Counted from the first letter of the stretch, positions 24,641-35,473 are shown. The stretch is 64,000 nucleotides of DNA from a bacterium (GCA_035400585.1 DAOMZR010000002.1:79364-143363), one strand, 5' to 3'. Numbers and translations are program-made. The notes: generated by a model from the letters alone, not told the origin.

Positions 24641-26599
24641 TTAATTTTTTAAAACCTCTGGGCTTTCTGTATCCGCCGAATTCTCTGCGTCTTCTACAAC
24701 TTCCGCTTTCGCTTCTACTCCCACCAAACAAACCTCTCTCCAAGGAACATATTTAGAATAAAATCTATTTTCAACTTTATTTTCCGATTCTGTGCCAGGA
24801 TTATAGGTTACAAAATAATCAAAATAAGCTTCTGCTCCAGAATGAGCCCTTTCGGTACATTTCTTCTCTCCTGGTTTTAAATCAGTGGTTTCTATAATTT
24901 GAGTTGGACCTGGTCTAACTATATTATATATAACTGGATAAGTAGTGGTTGATAAACGGCCATCGGAAGTTCCCCAAAAATCGAAATACATATCATTTGC
25001 CCCCTCAAACCGAGCTTGAATTAATATATTATGATTAGTGTCGTTTTTAAACTTTAGATCGGGACGAGGACTATAAATAGTGGCATCAGTTCCAGCCGGC
25101 TCATAATACGAAACTCGATAGGAATGATTTTTTCTCTCAGTTATTGGCAGCCCAGTTCCAAGAGCAGCTCTAAACATAGTTGTGGCCACCTGACAAAGAC
25201 CGCCACCATATTCAGGAACTGTTTTATTTCCTTTAATAACTAATTCTGGTAGATATCCGGCTTCAGCGGTCGTTGGGCCTAAAGCAGTTACTAGAGAAAA
25301 TTCTTCGCCTGGTTTAATTATTAAGCCATTTAATTTTTCAGCGCCAACCTTTATATTGTGCCTTCTGTTAGTGGGTGATCCAGCAAAATTAGAATGACCA
25401 CTACCTATCAACTCTTTAATCCCCATATCATTAGTATTTCCAACATCATCTGTTTTGGAAATTTCAACACTCAAAAGAACTTGGCTGAAATCTTTCATAA
25501 CAAAAGAATTCAAAACATTATCAAATGTTTTTTCTTGATTGATTTTTAAACCATCACTTCCTGGAGAAAAAAAACTAACCTTATCATCTTTGAATTCAAA
25601 CTGAGGTTTGGTAGGCTCTCTTTCGATTTCTGGAGATATTTTCTCTTTTAGGAAAGAAAAAAATTTTTCTGAATCTAAGTCAACAACTATTTTATCGACA
25701 CCCAAACCATTATTTGAAACATCATTTTTCCTGCTCAATTTAAGCCAAGTAGAAAAATCTTCCTTACTAATGGTAAATATTTTTTCTTCTTTATCATTTT
25801 TATAAATTAAATTAAAAGGAGCTAAATTTAGCAAACTATAAGCCTCTTCTTTTGAGCCATTAGCATCAACTATTTTTATCTCAGGCTCACCCTCTATAAA
25901 ATCTAAGCCTATATTGTCGTTTTTTAAATAAGCTAAGTTATTTTCAAAGTCAACAAAAAACTTGTCATAATTTATCTGCTTGCCATAAACCTCTGGGGTA
26001 ATTATAAAAACGATACTGGAGCTAGCTGTTCCATTGCTTTCACCTACATTTTCTGTTTGCAAAAAATCATTAAAATCAGATGATTTATTACTAATTATAT
26101 CAGCATTTTTAGCTAAGCTAATTGACTGATCAAAGCTGTCATAAAGATATTTTTTTATTTTTTCTTTATCCAATAGAAAAGAAAGGGGAATACTACGTTT
26201 TACAAACAGAGAAGATGTTTTAAAATAGAAATCAGAAAAAATATTTCCACTGCGACCAAGCAAGAAGGCATCATCCATGGTTTTTTCAATATCAAAAAAA
26301 ACAGTTTGTGAAACTAAATCGGGATCAAAGGAAAAAACATCACGTCTCCATAAAACTTCTTCCGTCTCAGCTATTATTCTTACTCCTTGAGCATCAAATT
26401 CCTCTATTTCTTTTTCTACTATTTTTTTAGCATCATCAGTTGATAGACCACCCAAATTAAAACCATTAAGATAGACATTGGGGTAAATTTTGTTATCAAA
26501 CTTACTTTCAAAAAACAGATAAAAAATCAATAAAAAAATAACTAAAAACAACAAAACATCACAAACTAAAAAAATAGCTTTTTTAAACTTTAAACTCAT
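24641..26599 (-). CDS. VanW family protein (N-terminal TM anchor)
   Basis: C-terminal VanW domain pattern GGGLCQVATTMFRAALGTGLPITERKNHSYRVSYY. Confidence 0.85.
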   Translation of the reverse strand: MSLKFKKAIFLVCDVLLFLVIFLLIFYLFFESKFDNKIYPNVYLNGFNLGGLSTDDAKKIVEKEIEEFDAQGVRIIAETEEVLWRRDVFSFDPDLVSQTVFFDIEKTMDDAFLLGRSGNIFSDFYFKTSSLFVKRSIPLSFLLDKEKIKKYLYDSFDQSISLAKNADIISNKSSDFNDFLQTENVGESNGTASSSIVFIITPEVYGKQINYDKFFVDFENNLAYLKNDNIGLDFIEGEPEIKIVDANGSKEEAYSLLNLAPFNLIYKNDKEEKIFTISKEDFSTWLKLSRKNDVSNNGLGVDKIVVDLDSEKFFSFLKEKISPEIEREPTKPQFEFKDDKVSFFSPGSDGLKINQEKTFDNVLNSFVMKDFSQVLLSVEISKTDDVGNTNDMGIKELIGSGHSNFAGSPTNRRHNIKVGAEKLNGLIIKPGEEFSLVTALGPTTAEAGYLPELVIKGNKTVPEYGGGLCQVATTMFRAALGTGLPITERKNHSYRVSYYEPAGTDATIYSPRPDLKFKNDTNHNILIQARFEGANDMYFDFWGTSDGRLSTTTYPVIYNIVRPGPTQIIETTDLKPGEKKCTERAHSGAEAYFDYFVTYNPGTESENKVENRFYSKYVPWREVCLVGVEAKAEVVEDAENSADTESPEVLKN

Positions 26600-26601
26600 A
26601 T

Positions 26602-26820
26602 TTATTCAACATTTAATATTTCATTTAATATATCTTTGGCTAATTGTTTTCTTTTAAGATCGTCCTGACTTGATTCTGAAACTAAAAAGTTTAGATAACT
26701 TCCTTCATTTATTCCCGTCGGAAGATAATTTTGCGGCCAAAGAATTTCCTGATTATTTTCATCATTTTTCAAAACCGCATAATCATTTTTAAAACCAATA
26801 AATTTTAACTTTATCTCCAT
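26602..26820 (-). CDS. small DUF3006-like protein
   Basis: 72 aa. The pattern (..NDYAVLKNDENNQEILWPQNYLP..INEGSYL) resembles DUF3006. Tightly coupled to its neighbours. Confidence 0.45.
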   Translation of the reverse strand: MEIKLKFIGFKNDYAVLKNDENNQEILWPQNYLPTGINEGSYLNFLVSESSQDDLKRKQLAKDILNEILNVE

Positions 26821-26824
26821 AAAA

Positions 26825-27253
26825 TTAAGCTTTTATTTTTACTTTTATCTGACGATTTTTATAAACTCTTTCTAAAGAAACGGTTAAAACCCCATTTTCT
26901 AAAATCGCTTCTATTTTTTTAGAATCAACCTCTTCCGGCAAAATTACTGTTCTGGAAAATGAACCCCAGTAGCATTCCTGCATCAAACAGTCACTATCAT
27001 CTAATGAATGATCATAATCTCTTCTGCCTTTGATAGTTAGCATATCGTGATTTAAAGATATAAAAAGGTTTTCTGGACTAACACCAGCCATAGTTGATTT
27101 AACAATTATTTTATCATCAGTCTGATAAACATCTAACAATAACTGCCCTTCTGGTAGATCATCTTTTAACCATTCTGGTGAAAAACCATCGTTTTCTTCG
27201 TGCGTTTCAACTTTATTAAAATTCTGGCGATCGTTTTTAAAAATATTTATCAT
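26825..27253 (-). CDS. Hsp20/alpha-crystallin small heat-shock protein
   Basis: LLLDVYQTDDKIIVKSTMAGVSPENLFISLNHDMLTIKGRR...ENGVLTVSL. Confidence 0.85.
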   Translation of the reverse strand: MINIFKNDRQNFNKVETHEENDGFSPEWLKDDLPEGQLLLDVYQTDDKIIVKSTMAGVSPENLFISLNHDMLTIKGRRDYDHSLDDSDCLMQECYWGSFSRTVILPEEVDSKKIEAILENGVLTVSLERVYKNRQIKVKIKA

Positions 27254-27363
27254 AATTTTATATTAAATAATCATTATTTTTAGCTAAAAAAGACTACTAT
27301 CAGCAACATAATTATATAATATTTTTCTAGAATTAACAAACCCTTTGGGGTTTAAGCAAAAAA

Positions 27364-28458
27364 ATGGACGAGGAAAAAAAATATGCCGTGATTTTCAATA
27401 ATTTAATTAATTTTAACAACTTTAAATATCAAAGCCTTATAAAAAGATTTGGGACCTTAAAAAATGCCTATAATTCCAAAGATATTGACCTATATACTCT
27501 GCCATGGAGGAAAGAAACAATCAAAAATTTTTTAGACAAAAGAAAGCGAGTCAACATAAACCAGATAATATCAACCATAATTGAAGAAAAAATTATGGTT
27601 TCTTATGTCAAAGAAAATTCCTACCCAAAATTATTAAAAAACATTTATAACCCACCGCCCATACTGTATTATCAAGGAAATCTTGAAATCAATTGGGACA
27701 ATTCATTGTCGGTGGTTGGATCACGCCATCCCAGCTCTTACGGAAAAATGGTAATTAAAAAAATAATATCGGAATTAAACGATTTTGATTTGAACATAAT
27801 AAGCGGCTTGGCTATTGGACTAGACTCTTTGGCTCACCAAGAATCTTTGTTGAATAACTTAAAAACTATAGCCGTTCTCGGTTCTGGTTTAAGCGAAAAA
27901 GTTGTCCATCCCAAATCAAATAAATGGCTTATAAAAGATATTATCAAAAATCAAGGCTTAATTTTATCGGAATTTTCTCCCCTAACACCTCCTTGGCCAC
28001 AAAATTTTCCCTTAAGAAATAGAATAATCGCTGGTTTATCAAATAAAACACTAGTAGTTGAGGCTGGGGAAAAATCCGGTTCACTTATAACCAGTCAACT
28101 AGCGTTAGACGAGGGACGAGAAGTGCTCACCGTGGTCGGAAATATTTTTAGTTTAAATTCTCAAGGAACAAATGAACTAGCTAAAAAAGGAGCTATAATA
28201 ATAACCAAGACCGAAGACATATTAAATTTGTTTGATATGGAAAGAGAAACGGCAAAAAAAGAATCAAAGCCAAAAATTAAAGCAGAAAACGAAACAGAGG
28301 AAAAAATTATAGAATTATTAAAGCAAGACAAGAAGAATGTTGATGACATAATCATGGAAACCAATAAAAACGTTTCTGATATACTTATCGCTATTAACTC
28401 CCTGGAAATAAAAGGGCTTATAAAAGACTTGGGAGGAAAAAACTTTATTTTAAGTTGA
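27364..28458 (+). CDS. dprA: DNA processing protein DprA (Smf)
   Basis: LSVVGSRHPSSYGKMV...IISGLAIGLDSLAHQ...LVVEAGEKSGSLITSQLALDEGREV. Ends in TGA. Confidence 0.9.
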   Translation: MDEEKKYAVIFNNLINFNNFKYQSLIKRFGTLKNAYNSKDIDLYTLPWRKETIKNFLDKRKRVNINQIISTIIEEKIMVSYVKENSYPKLLKNIYNPPPILYYQGNLEINWDNSLSVVGSRHPSSYGKMVIKKIISELNDFDLNIISGLAIGLDSLAHQESLLNNLKTIAVLGSGLSEKVVHPKSNKWLIKDIIKNQGLILSEFSPLTPPWPQNFPLRNRIIAGLSNKTLVVEAGEKSGSLITSQLALDEGREVLTVVGNIFSLNSQGTNELAKKGAIIITKTEDILNLFDMERETAKKESKPKIKAENETEEKIIELLKQDKKNVDDIIMETNKNVSDILIAINSLEIKGLIKDLGGKNFILS

Positions 28459-28517
28459 ATTCTGCTTAATTTGTATTTTTTTCTTTTAAATACTATAATC
28501 TTTTTATAAATAAAAAT

Positions 28518-30728
28518 ATGAATTTAATAATTGTTGAATCGCCAACTAAGGCCAAAACTATTTCTAAGTTTTTAGATAACACTTATAAAGTAGAATCGTC
28601 TTTTGGACATATTCGAGATTTACCCAAAAGCGAACTGGGAGTTGATTTAGAAAATAATTTTGAACCAAAATATGTAATACCTAGCAAATCTAAAACTAGG
28701 GTTAGTGAATTAAAGAAGTTAGCTCAAAAAGCTGACTCGGTTATTTTGGCTGCTGACGAAGACCGCGAAGGAGAGGCTATCGCCTGGCATTTATTTACAG
28801 CTTTAAACCTTGAGGAAAACAAAACTAAAAGAATAGTTTTTCATGAAATAACCAAAGAAGCAATATTAGAGGCCCTTACCCGTCCACGTCAAATAGATCA
28901 AGAAATGGTTGATGCCCAACAAGCTAGAAGAATTTTAGATCGTTTGGTTGGCTATAAATTATCACCATTTTTGTGGAAAAAAGTTGCTAAAGGTTTGTCG
29001 GCTGGTCGCGTACAAAGCGTAGCTGTCAGATTAATAGTAGAAAGAGAAAAAGAGATAAAAGAATTTATTCCTCAAGAATATTGGGACATTGAGGCCAAGC
29101 TTTCCAAAGATGATAATCATTTTTATTCAAAATTGATAAAAATAAATAATAAATCTCTTGGCAAATTTCATTTTAAAAATAAAGAGGAGACTGAAAAAAC
29201 TGTTAAGTCATTAAGAAGCGGGGAATGGATAGTAGAAAAAATTGAAGGAAAAGAAACTAAAAAAAGTCCTTTACCGCCTTTTATAACGTCTACTCTTCAA
29301 CAAACGGCTAATCGTCGTTTTGGTTTTAGTGCTAAACAAACAATGACTGTGGCTCAAAAATTATATGAGATGGGACACATAACTTACATGAGAACAGACT
29401 CGCTTAATCTTTCAGTGAAATTTAAAGAAGAGGCCGTTAAGTATATAGAAGAAACTTGTGGCAAAAATTATCTTAAAACCGGAGGAAGATCTTTTAAAGT
29501 TAAAGATAAAAATGCCCAAGAAGCTCACGAAGCTATACGACCTAGCAAGGTTTACAACTCTCCTGAAAAAATTGAAGCAAAACTTGATAAAAATCAATTT
29601 AAACTTTATCAGCTAATCTGGCAGAGAGCTTTAGCATCTCAAATGTCAGAGGCTGTTTTAGATACAGTCACTATTGATATAATGGCAGGCGAAAAACAAG
29701 AATGTTTGATGAGGGCTAATGGACAAACAGTTAAATTCAAAGGCTATTTAGAAATATACCCCGAAAAAGTAAGCGAAAATGAACTTCCTTTAATGAAAAA
29801 AGAAGAAAAATTAAAATTAGAGGATTTAATAAATAGACAACATTTTACACAACCACCAGCTAGATATTCTGATGCTAGTTTGGTTAAAGAAATGGAAAAA
29901 CATGGTATTGGACGACCATCGACTTATGCCCCGACAATAGCAACTATCATTGACAGAAATTACGTCAATCGTGACGACAAAAAGAGATTATTTCCAACTG
30001 AAATAGCTTTTGTTGTTAATGATTTGCTCTCTCAACACTTCAAAGATATAGTTGATTATAAATTCACAGCTGAAATGGAAAACAATTTAGATGAAATATC
30101 ACACGGCAAAAAAAAGTGGCGACCAGTTATCAAAAATTTCTGGGAACCATTCAATAAAAATCTGGAAGAAAAATATAAAGAACTAGACAAGCAAAGATTT
30201 TCCCCCGAAGAAGAAAGTGATGAGATTTGCGACAAGTGCGGAGCTAAGATGATTATTAAAACCGGTCGTTATGGAAAATTTCTAGCTTGCAGCGCCTTTC
30301 CAGAGTGTAAAAATATAAAGTCACTAAAAAAAGAAGGTGAAGAAATTAAAAAAGAAGATAGTCAGGAAATGTTAGAATTGAAAGAAAAATACAAAGATGA
30401 AAAATGCGAAAAATGTGGATCAGAAATGATTATTAGAAATGGAAAGTTTGGTCCTTTTTTGGGTTGCAGCAACTATCCTAAATGTAAAAATTTAAAAAAT
30501 ATAGAAAAAAATGGTGAAAAAGAAATTGAGATTAAATGCCCTAAATGTGAAGAGGGAAAAATAGTCAAAAAATTCAGCCGTCGTGGTGTTTTTTATGCTT
30601 GTAGCGCTTATCCTAAATGTAAAAATGCTTATTTTGCTAAACCAACTGGAGAAAAGTGCCCTAAATGTAGCAGTTTAATGATTCAAGATAAAAATGGACC
30701 AAAATGCTCCAACAAAGACTGTGAATAA
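28518..30728 (+). CDS. topA: DNA topoisomerase I with four C-terminal C4 zinc fingers
   Basis: MNLIIVESPTKAKTISKFL Toprim, ITYMRTDS active-site Tyr region, repeated CxxC...CxxxxC fingers. Confidence 0.95.
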   Translation: MNLIIVESPTKAKTISKFLDNTYKVESSFGHIRDLPKSELGVDLENNFEPKYVIPSKSKTRVSELKKLAQKADSVILAADEDREGEAIAWHLFTALNLEENKTKRIVFHEITKEAILEALTRPRQIDQEMVDAQQARRILDRLVGYKLSPFLWKKVAKGLSAGRVQSVAVRLIVEREKEIKEFIPQEYWDIEAKLSKDDNHFYSKLIKINNKSLGKFHFKNKEETEKTVKSLRSGEWIVEKIEGKETKKSPLPPFITSTLQQTANRRFGFSAKQTMTVAQKLYEMGHITYMRTDSLNLSVKFKEEAVKYIEETCGKNYLKTGGRSFKVKDKNAQEAHEAIRPSKVYNSPEKIEAKLDKNQFKLYQLIWQRALASQMSEAVLDTVTIDIMAGEKQECLMRANGQTVKFKGYLEIYPEKVSENELPLMKKEEKLKLEDLINRQHFTQPPARYSDASLVKEMEKHGIGRPSTYAPTIATIIDRNYVNRDDKKRLFPTEIAFVVNDLLSQHFKDIVDYKFTAEMENNLDEISHGKKKWRPVIKNFWEPFNKNLEEKYKELDKQRFSPEEESDEICDKCGAKMIIKTGRYGKFLACSAFPECKNIKSLKKEGEEIKKEDSQEMLELKEKYKDEKCEKCGSEMIIRNGKFGPFLGCSNYPKCKNLKNIEKNGEKEIEIKCPKCEEGKIVKKFSRRGVFYACSAYPKCKNAYFAKPTGEKCPKCSSLMIQDKNGPKCSNKDCE

Positions 30729-31605
30729 ATTAAATATAAAAATTAATAAAAAAGATGTTGTTAAAAAGGTTTTTCAATCCTTGATGTTTATTTTTGTATT
30801 TTTTTTACTAGGCCTGTTGTTGTCTTATTTGTTTCCAGAAGAAAAAATAATCAGTGAAAATTTAAGATTGCCATTACAAAAAAAAGTAATGGCTAGTGTT
30901 GGGGATTATATAATCGAAAACAATCAAATTTCAAAATATATTGGTGAAAATTATCAAGTAATAGACGGACAAAATAACATTTCCTGGAATGATTTAAGCA
31001 AAAATTTACCGAACCTTGAACCAGGGGATATTTTTTTTACCAGCAGTGGTAAATATCTAAGTAGTCTTTTTATACCAGGAAAATGGAAACACTCGGCCAT
31101 ATACCTGGGAAGCAAAAACCAACTTATTAAATTTTTTGGAGAAGAGTCAGAAATATTTAAAAATTTCAGTTTTTATTATAAGGACGACAAGCAAATACTG
31201 GTTATAGATAGTAGTTCTGACGGCGTTCAAATTAGGGAAATAAAAGAATTATCCAATATCTCCGAATCTTCTTATCTTAAATCTTTTGTAGCTTTCAGAA
31301 TAAACAAAGATAAAGAGCAAATAATCAATTTTTTAAATAAAAGCAAAAATCAAATTGGAAAAGAATATGATTATGATTTAATAACCGAAAACGATCAAGA
31401 ATTATATTGTTCGGAATTGATTTATCATTCACTAGAAGAAATTGGTTTCGAGATAGATAAAGAAAAAACCTATGCCAGAGAAACGGTCAGCCCCGACAAT
31501 CTCGTTAATTACATGGCAAAGAATGATGATTTTTCTTTTATTATTTTTTTAGAAAAACAAAATGGCAAAATTAAAAAATTACCCAAAAGCTATTTAATAA
31601 AATAA
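30694..31605 (+). CDS. YiiX/YaeF-like permuted papain-fold (C92) family protein, membrane anchored
   Basis: Motifs PGDIFFTSS, WKHSAIYLG and GKEYDYDL...ELYCSELIYHSL. The start may be internal, because the track ORF overlaps the topA end. Confidence 0.55.
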   Translation: MDQNAPTKTVNKLNIKINKKDVVKKVFQSLMFIFVFFLLGLLLSYLFPEEKIISENLRLPLQKKVMASVGDYIIENNQISKYIGENYQVIDGQNNISWNDLSKNLPNLEPGDIFFTSSGKYLSSLFIPGKWKHSAIYLGSKNQLIKFFGEESEIFKNFSFYYKDDKQILVIDSSSDGVQIREIKELSNISESSYLKSFVAFRINKDKEQIINFLNKSKNQIGKEYDYDLITENDQELYCSELIYHSLEEIGFEIDKEKTYARETVSPDNLVNYMAKNDDFSFIIFLEKQNGKIKKLPKSYLIK

Positions 31606-31621
31606 ACTTTAACATACCAAT

Positions 31622-31652
31622 AAAAAAAGAATGAATTATTCATTCTTTTTTT
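31622..31652. terminator. bidirectional terminator between convergent genes
   Basis: AGAATGAA-TTA-TTCATTCT with A-run and T-run flanks. Confidence 0.75.
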
Positions 31653-31677
31653 ATTTTTGATTGAAATTTAAAAACAA

Positions 31678-32673
31678 TTAAAAATAATTAATCTTCATGC
31701 CCTCTTTTACTTTTTTCAGCGTTTCGCTGGCCATGATTTTAGCTTTTTTAGTTCCATTTTCAATGATTTCTCTCACTAATTCCGGCTTGTTTTGATAGTA
31801 TTTTCTCTTCTCTCTAATAGGCTCTAAATATTTAATAATATTTTCACTTAATTCTTTTTTGCACTGAACACAACCTCTTTTTCCAGATTTACATTCTGTT
31901 TCTATGTTTTTCAAATTATTTTGACTAAAAATCTTGTGATAATAATAGACCATACAATCGTTAGGATTGCCCTTGTCATCTATTTTTATTTTTTTAGTAT
32001 CAGTTAGTGCTTTCTTAACTTTTTGTTCGATAATTTCTGGCTCATCAGCTAAATAAATAGCATTATTTAAACTTTTACCCATTTTAGTGTTTCCATCCAA
32101 GCCTTTGACGCGACCAACACTGCCAATTAAAGCCTCTGGTTCTTTTAAAATATTGCCGTAGATACTGTTAAACTTTTTGACGATTTCTTTTGTTTGCTCA
32201 ATCATTGGTAGTTGATCCTCTCCAACTGGAACTAAATCAGCCCCAAAAACAGTAATATCAGCCGCTTGACTGACCGGATAACCAAGAAAACCAAAGGTAA
32301 CGCTGTCTTTAAATAATTCTTTTTTCTGTTTTATTTCTTCCTTAACAGTTGGATTTCTTTGCAAACGGGAAACGGTAACCAAATTAGAATAAAAAATAGT
32401 TAATTCAGCAATTTCGGGAATCATTGATTGTATAAAAATAGTTGATTTATTTGGATCTATTCCAACGGCCAAATTATCCAAAACAACCTCAAAAACATTA
32501 TCTCTAACTTTTTGTGGGTTATTAAAATTATCAGTTAAAGCCTGAACATCGGCCACCATGATATAAGAATCGTATTGGTCTTGCAATTCAACTCTTTTTA
32601 ACAAAGATCCAAATAAGTGACCAATATGTAATTGACCTGTCGGCCTATCCCCGGTCAAAATTATTTTTTTCAT
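31678..32673 (-). CDS. trpS: tryptophan--tRNA ligase
   Basis: Motif TGDRPTGQLHIGHL (HIGH), KMGKS (KMSKS), length 331 aa. Confidence 0.9.
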   Translation of the reverse strand: MKKIILTGDRPTGQLHIGHLFGSLLKRVELQDQYDSYIMVADVQALTDNFNNPQKVRDNVFEVVLDNLAVGIDPNKSTIFIQSMIPEIAELTIFYSNLVTVSRLQRNPTVKEEIKQKKELFKDSVTFGFLGYPVSQAADITVFGADLVPVGEDQLPMIEQTKEIVKKFNSIYGNILKEPEALIGSVGRVKGLDGNTKMGKSLNNAIYLADEPEIIEQKVKKALTDTKKIKIDDKGNPNDCMVYYYHKIFSQNNLKNIETECKSGKRGCVQCKKELSENIIKYLEPIREKRKYYQNKPELVREIIENGTKKAKIMASETLKKVKEGMKINYF

Positions 32674-32680
32674 AAATCAA

Positions 32681-33007
32681 TTATTTATTTTTTTTACCAT
32701 TTTTTTCTGTTTTCTCTTCTTTTTCTTTTTCTTTTTTTTCTTTCATTTTTTCACTAAAATAATCCATGGCTTTATCAGCTAATTTAGAAAAAAGAAAAAG
32801 ATAAGAACCGCTTTGTTTAACGCGACTTTTTATTAAGTTTACTAAATTTTCAATCTTATCAGTTATTTTTTTAGCTTGGGCTGTAATTCTATAAACTCTT
32901 CTTAAACTAACTATAAGGTAAAATAAAAACCAACAGAGAAAGAAAGCTACTACCAATACAGCCAGTGAAATTGAAAAATTTAAAATGTCCCCGCTAGTTT
33001 GCATCAT
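32681..33007 (-). CDS. hypothetical membrane-anchored coiled-coil protein
   Basis: 108 aa with an N-terminal TM and a K/E-rich tail. Confidence 0.45.
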   Translation of the reverse strand: MMQTSGDILNFSISLAVLVVAFFLCWFLFYLIVSLRRVYRITAQAKKITDKIENLVNLIKSRVKQSGSYLFLFSKLADKAMDYFSEKMKEKKEKEKEEKTEKNGKKNK

Positions 33008-33049
33008 AAAATTTTATTTAATTATAAATTGAAATGTGAAAATTGAGAT

Positions 33050-35473
33050 TTAAAAATCTCTAACTTGAGCACCGAATTTTTGCTCCAATCTTTTAATCAA
33101 ATCTTTTTGAACCAAGTCAATTTCTTCGTTGGTCAAAGTTTTTTCGTTCGATTGATAACTAATATGAAAGGCCAAGCTTCTTTTTCCTTGACCAAGATTT
33201 TCACCAGAATAAACGTCAAAAAGCTCTAAATCAGATATTAAAGAAGTAAATTCCTGTATTTCTTTCTTTATGTCTATAAACAACACTTTTTGATCAACCA
33301 CAAAAGCCAAGTCTCTGTTAACAGCTGGAAATTTAGGAACTGGTTGATATTGTCTCAATCCAATACTAGAAATAACTGATAATAATTTTTTCAAACTTAT
33401 TTCCAGTGAAGATGTTTCTTTTTTAATTCCATTTTTAGCAAGGATATTATTATCAATTTTGGCCAAAAAACCAATTTCTTCTCCGTTTAACAACAAAAGA
33501 CATTTTTCTTGATTATCAGCCCAAGAAATTATTGATTCCGTTGGTAAAAAATCTACCTCTGCTCCACCAGAAAGTTGAAAAATAAAATTAAAAATTAAAT
33601 CTTTTAAGAATTTAAAACTGCCGCCATCGTTTCTGGAAGAAATGATGGCCATTTTTTTCTCTTGATAAGGCAAGCTTTCTGAAAAGGTTTCATCCTTATT
33701 TAATCCTCCTGGAATATTTAAAAAGATATTGCCAATCTCAAAAATATTAATATCATCGTATTTAGCCTGATTGTGCTTTATATTAAGCAATAAATTGGTC
33801 GTTAGTGTTTGACGAAGTAAAGCGTGCTGGCTAGAAAGCGGATTTAACAATTTTATATAAGAACCATAATCTAAATTTAATTTTAGAAGTTGCTCCTCGC
33901 TAACAAAGGAATAATTATAAACCTCGGTCAATCCATAGCTTAGTGCTAAAATATTTTTTATTTTTCTTTCCATTTCTAAGCTATAATCTTTTTCTGGGGG
34001 ATTAATATCTGCCTTTGGCAATGAAGGAATTATGTTGTTATAACCAAATACTCTAATTATTTCTTCTATAATATCTTCTTTAATTTGTAAATCCTTCATT
34101 CTCCAAGACGGAATAATTAAATCCCAAACATGGTCTTGTTTATTTCTTATCTTCAAGCCCAAACTTTCTAATATTTTTTTTATATCCTTATCGCTTATTT
34201 TTTGTCCTATTATTTTTTCTGCCCAGATTAAATCTAACTCTAAAATTCTTTCTTCTTTTTCAAAATTATCAACAAAAACTAATGGCAAATCAAATTTGGC
34301 TTGAGGGCACATTTCTTTAATTATTTCACAGGCTTTATTAATTGCCAACAAACACAAGTTTAGATCTAATCCTTTTTCAAAACGCATAGCAGCATCAGTT
34401 CTTGAGTTTAATCTTTGAGCTGTTTTTCTAACAGAAACTGCATCAAAATTGGCTGATTCAATGATAATACTAGAGCTAGTATTGCTAATTTCACTATTTT
34501 TTCCACCCATAACGCCAGCAATAGCAATGGCTTCTTTGCTGTTAGCGATAACCAAATCACTGTTGTTTAAATTTTTTTCTACTCCATCTAAGGTTATTAT
34601 TTTTTCTCCCTTTTGAGCTGTTCTGACAATTACTTTGTCTACTGAGTCAGTATCAAAAGCGTGAAGAGGTTGACCCAATTCAAACATCACATAGTTGGTG
34701 GCATCAACTATGTTGTTTATAGATTTTAAACCGATAGAAACTAGTCTATCTTTCAACCACTTTGGGGAATCAGAAACTTTTATATTATCCACCCTTAAAC
34801 CCAAGTATCTAGGACAAAGTTTTTTCTCCTTTACTTCAATTTCAATATTTTTCAATTCATTTTTTGTTTTCTTTATTTTTAATTCTTTTGGTTTATATTC
34901 TTTTAATTTTGTCTCAAATAAAACACTGAGTTCACGGGCTATTCCATAATGACCCCAAAGATCAGGACGATTAGAAATTGATTTATTGTCTATTTCTAAA
35001 ATTGTATCATTTAAACCTAAATAATCTGAAAATTTTTGGCCAATTTTAGCGCTTTTATCTAAAATCATTATGCCTTCATGACTATCTCCCAAACCAAGTT
35101 CGTCCTCAGCACAAAGCATTCCATTTGACTCCTCTCCTCTAATTTCGGCTTTTTTTATTTCCAGCCCATTTGGTAAAACTGAACCAATTTTGGCCAATGG
35201 AACAAGTTGACCAGACTCAATATTAGGAGCGCCACAAACTATTTTTAAATTTTCTTCTTCGCCAGCATCAACTATGGCAATTTGTAGTTTGTCGGCCTTA
35301 GGATGTTTTTGAACGTCTAATATTTTAGCTACAACAACATTTTTAAACCTATCTCCTTGTTTAATTATTTGCTCTACTTCAACTGTATGTTTGGTTAATT
35401 TATCTTTAAGGTCTTCAACCTTTATGCCTGATAGATTAACAAATTCTTTTAGCCAGTTTAAAGATATGTTCAT
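33050..35473 (-). CDS. pheT: phenylalanine--tRNA ligase beta subunit
   Basis: MNISLNWLKEFV..., tRNA-binding, B3/4 and B5 regions, 807 aa. Adjacent to pheS. Confidence 0.95.
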   Translation of the reverse strand: MNISLNWLKEFVNLSGIKVEDLKDKLTKHTVEVEQIIKQGDRFKNVVVAKILDVQKHPKADKLQIAIVDAGEEENLKIVCGAPNIESGQLVPLAKIGSVLPNGLEIKKAEIRGEESNGMLCAEDELGLGDSHEGIMILDKSAKIGQKFSDYLGLNDTILEIDNKSISNRPDLWGHYGIARELSVLFETKLKEYKPKELKIKKTKNELKNIEIEVKEKKLCPRYLGLRVDNIKVSDSPKWLKDRLVSIGLKSINNIVDATNYVMFELGQPLHAFDTDSVDKVIVRTAQKGEKIITLDGVEKNLNNSDLVIANSKEAIAIAGVMGGKNSEISNTSSSIIIESANFDAVSVRKTAQRLNSRTDAAMRFEKGLDLNLCLLAINKACEIIKEMCPQAKFDLPLVFVDNFEKEERILELDLIWAEKIIGQKISDKDIKKILESLGLKIRNKQDHVWDLIIPSWRMKDLQIKEDIIEEIIRVFGYNNIIPSLPKADINPPEKDYSLEMERKIKNILALSYGLTEVYNYSFVSEEQLLKLNLDYGSYIKLLNPLSSQHALLRQTLTTNLLLNIKHNQAKYDDINIFEIGNIFLNIPGGLNKDETFSESLPYQEKKMAIISSRNDGGSFKFLKDLIFNFIFQLSGGAEVDFLPTESIISWADNQEKCLLLLNGEEIGFLAKIDNNILAKNGIKKETSSLEISLKKLLSVISSIGLRQYQPVPKFPAVNRDLAFVVDQKVLFIDIKKEIQEFTSLISDLELFDVYSGENLGQGKRSLAFHISYQSNEKTLTNEEIDLVQKDLIKRLEQKFGAQVRDF

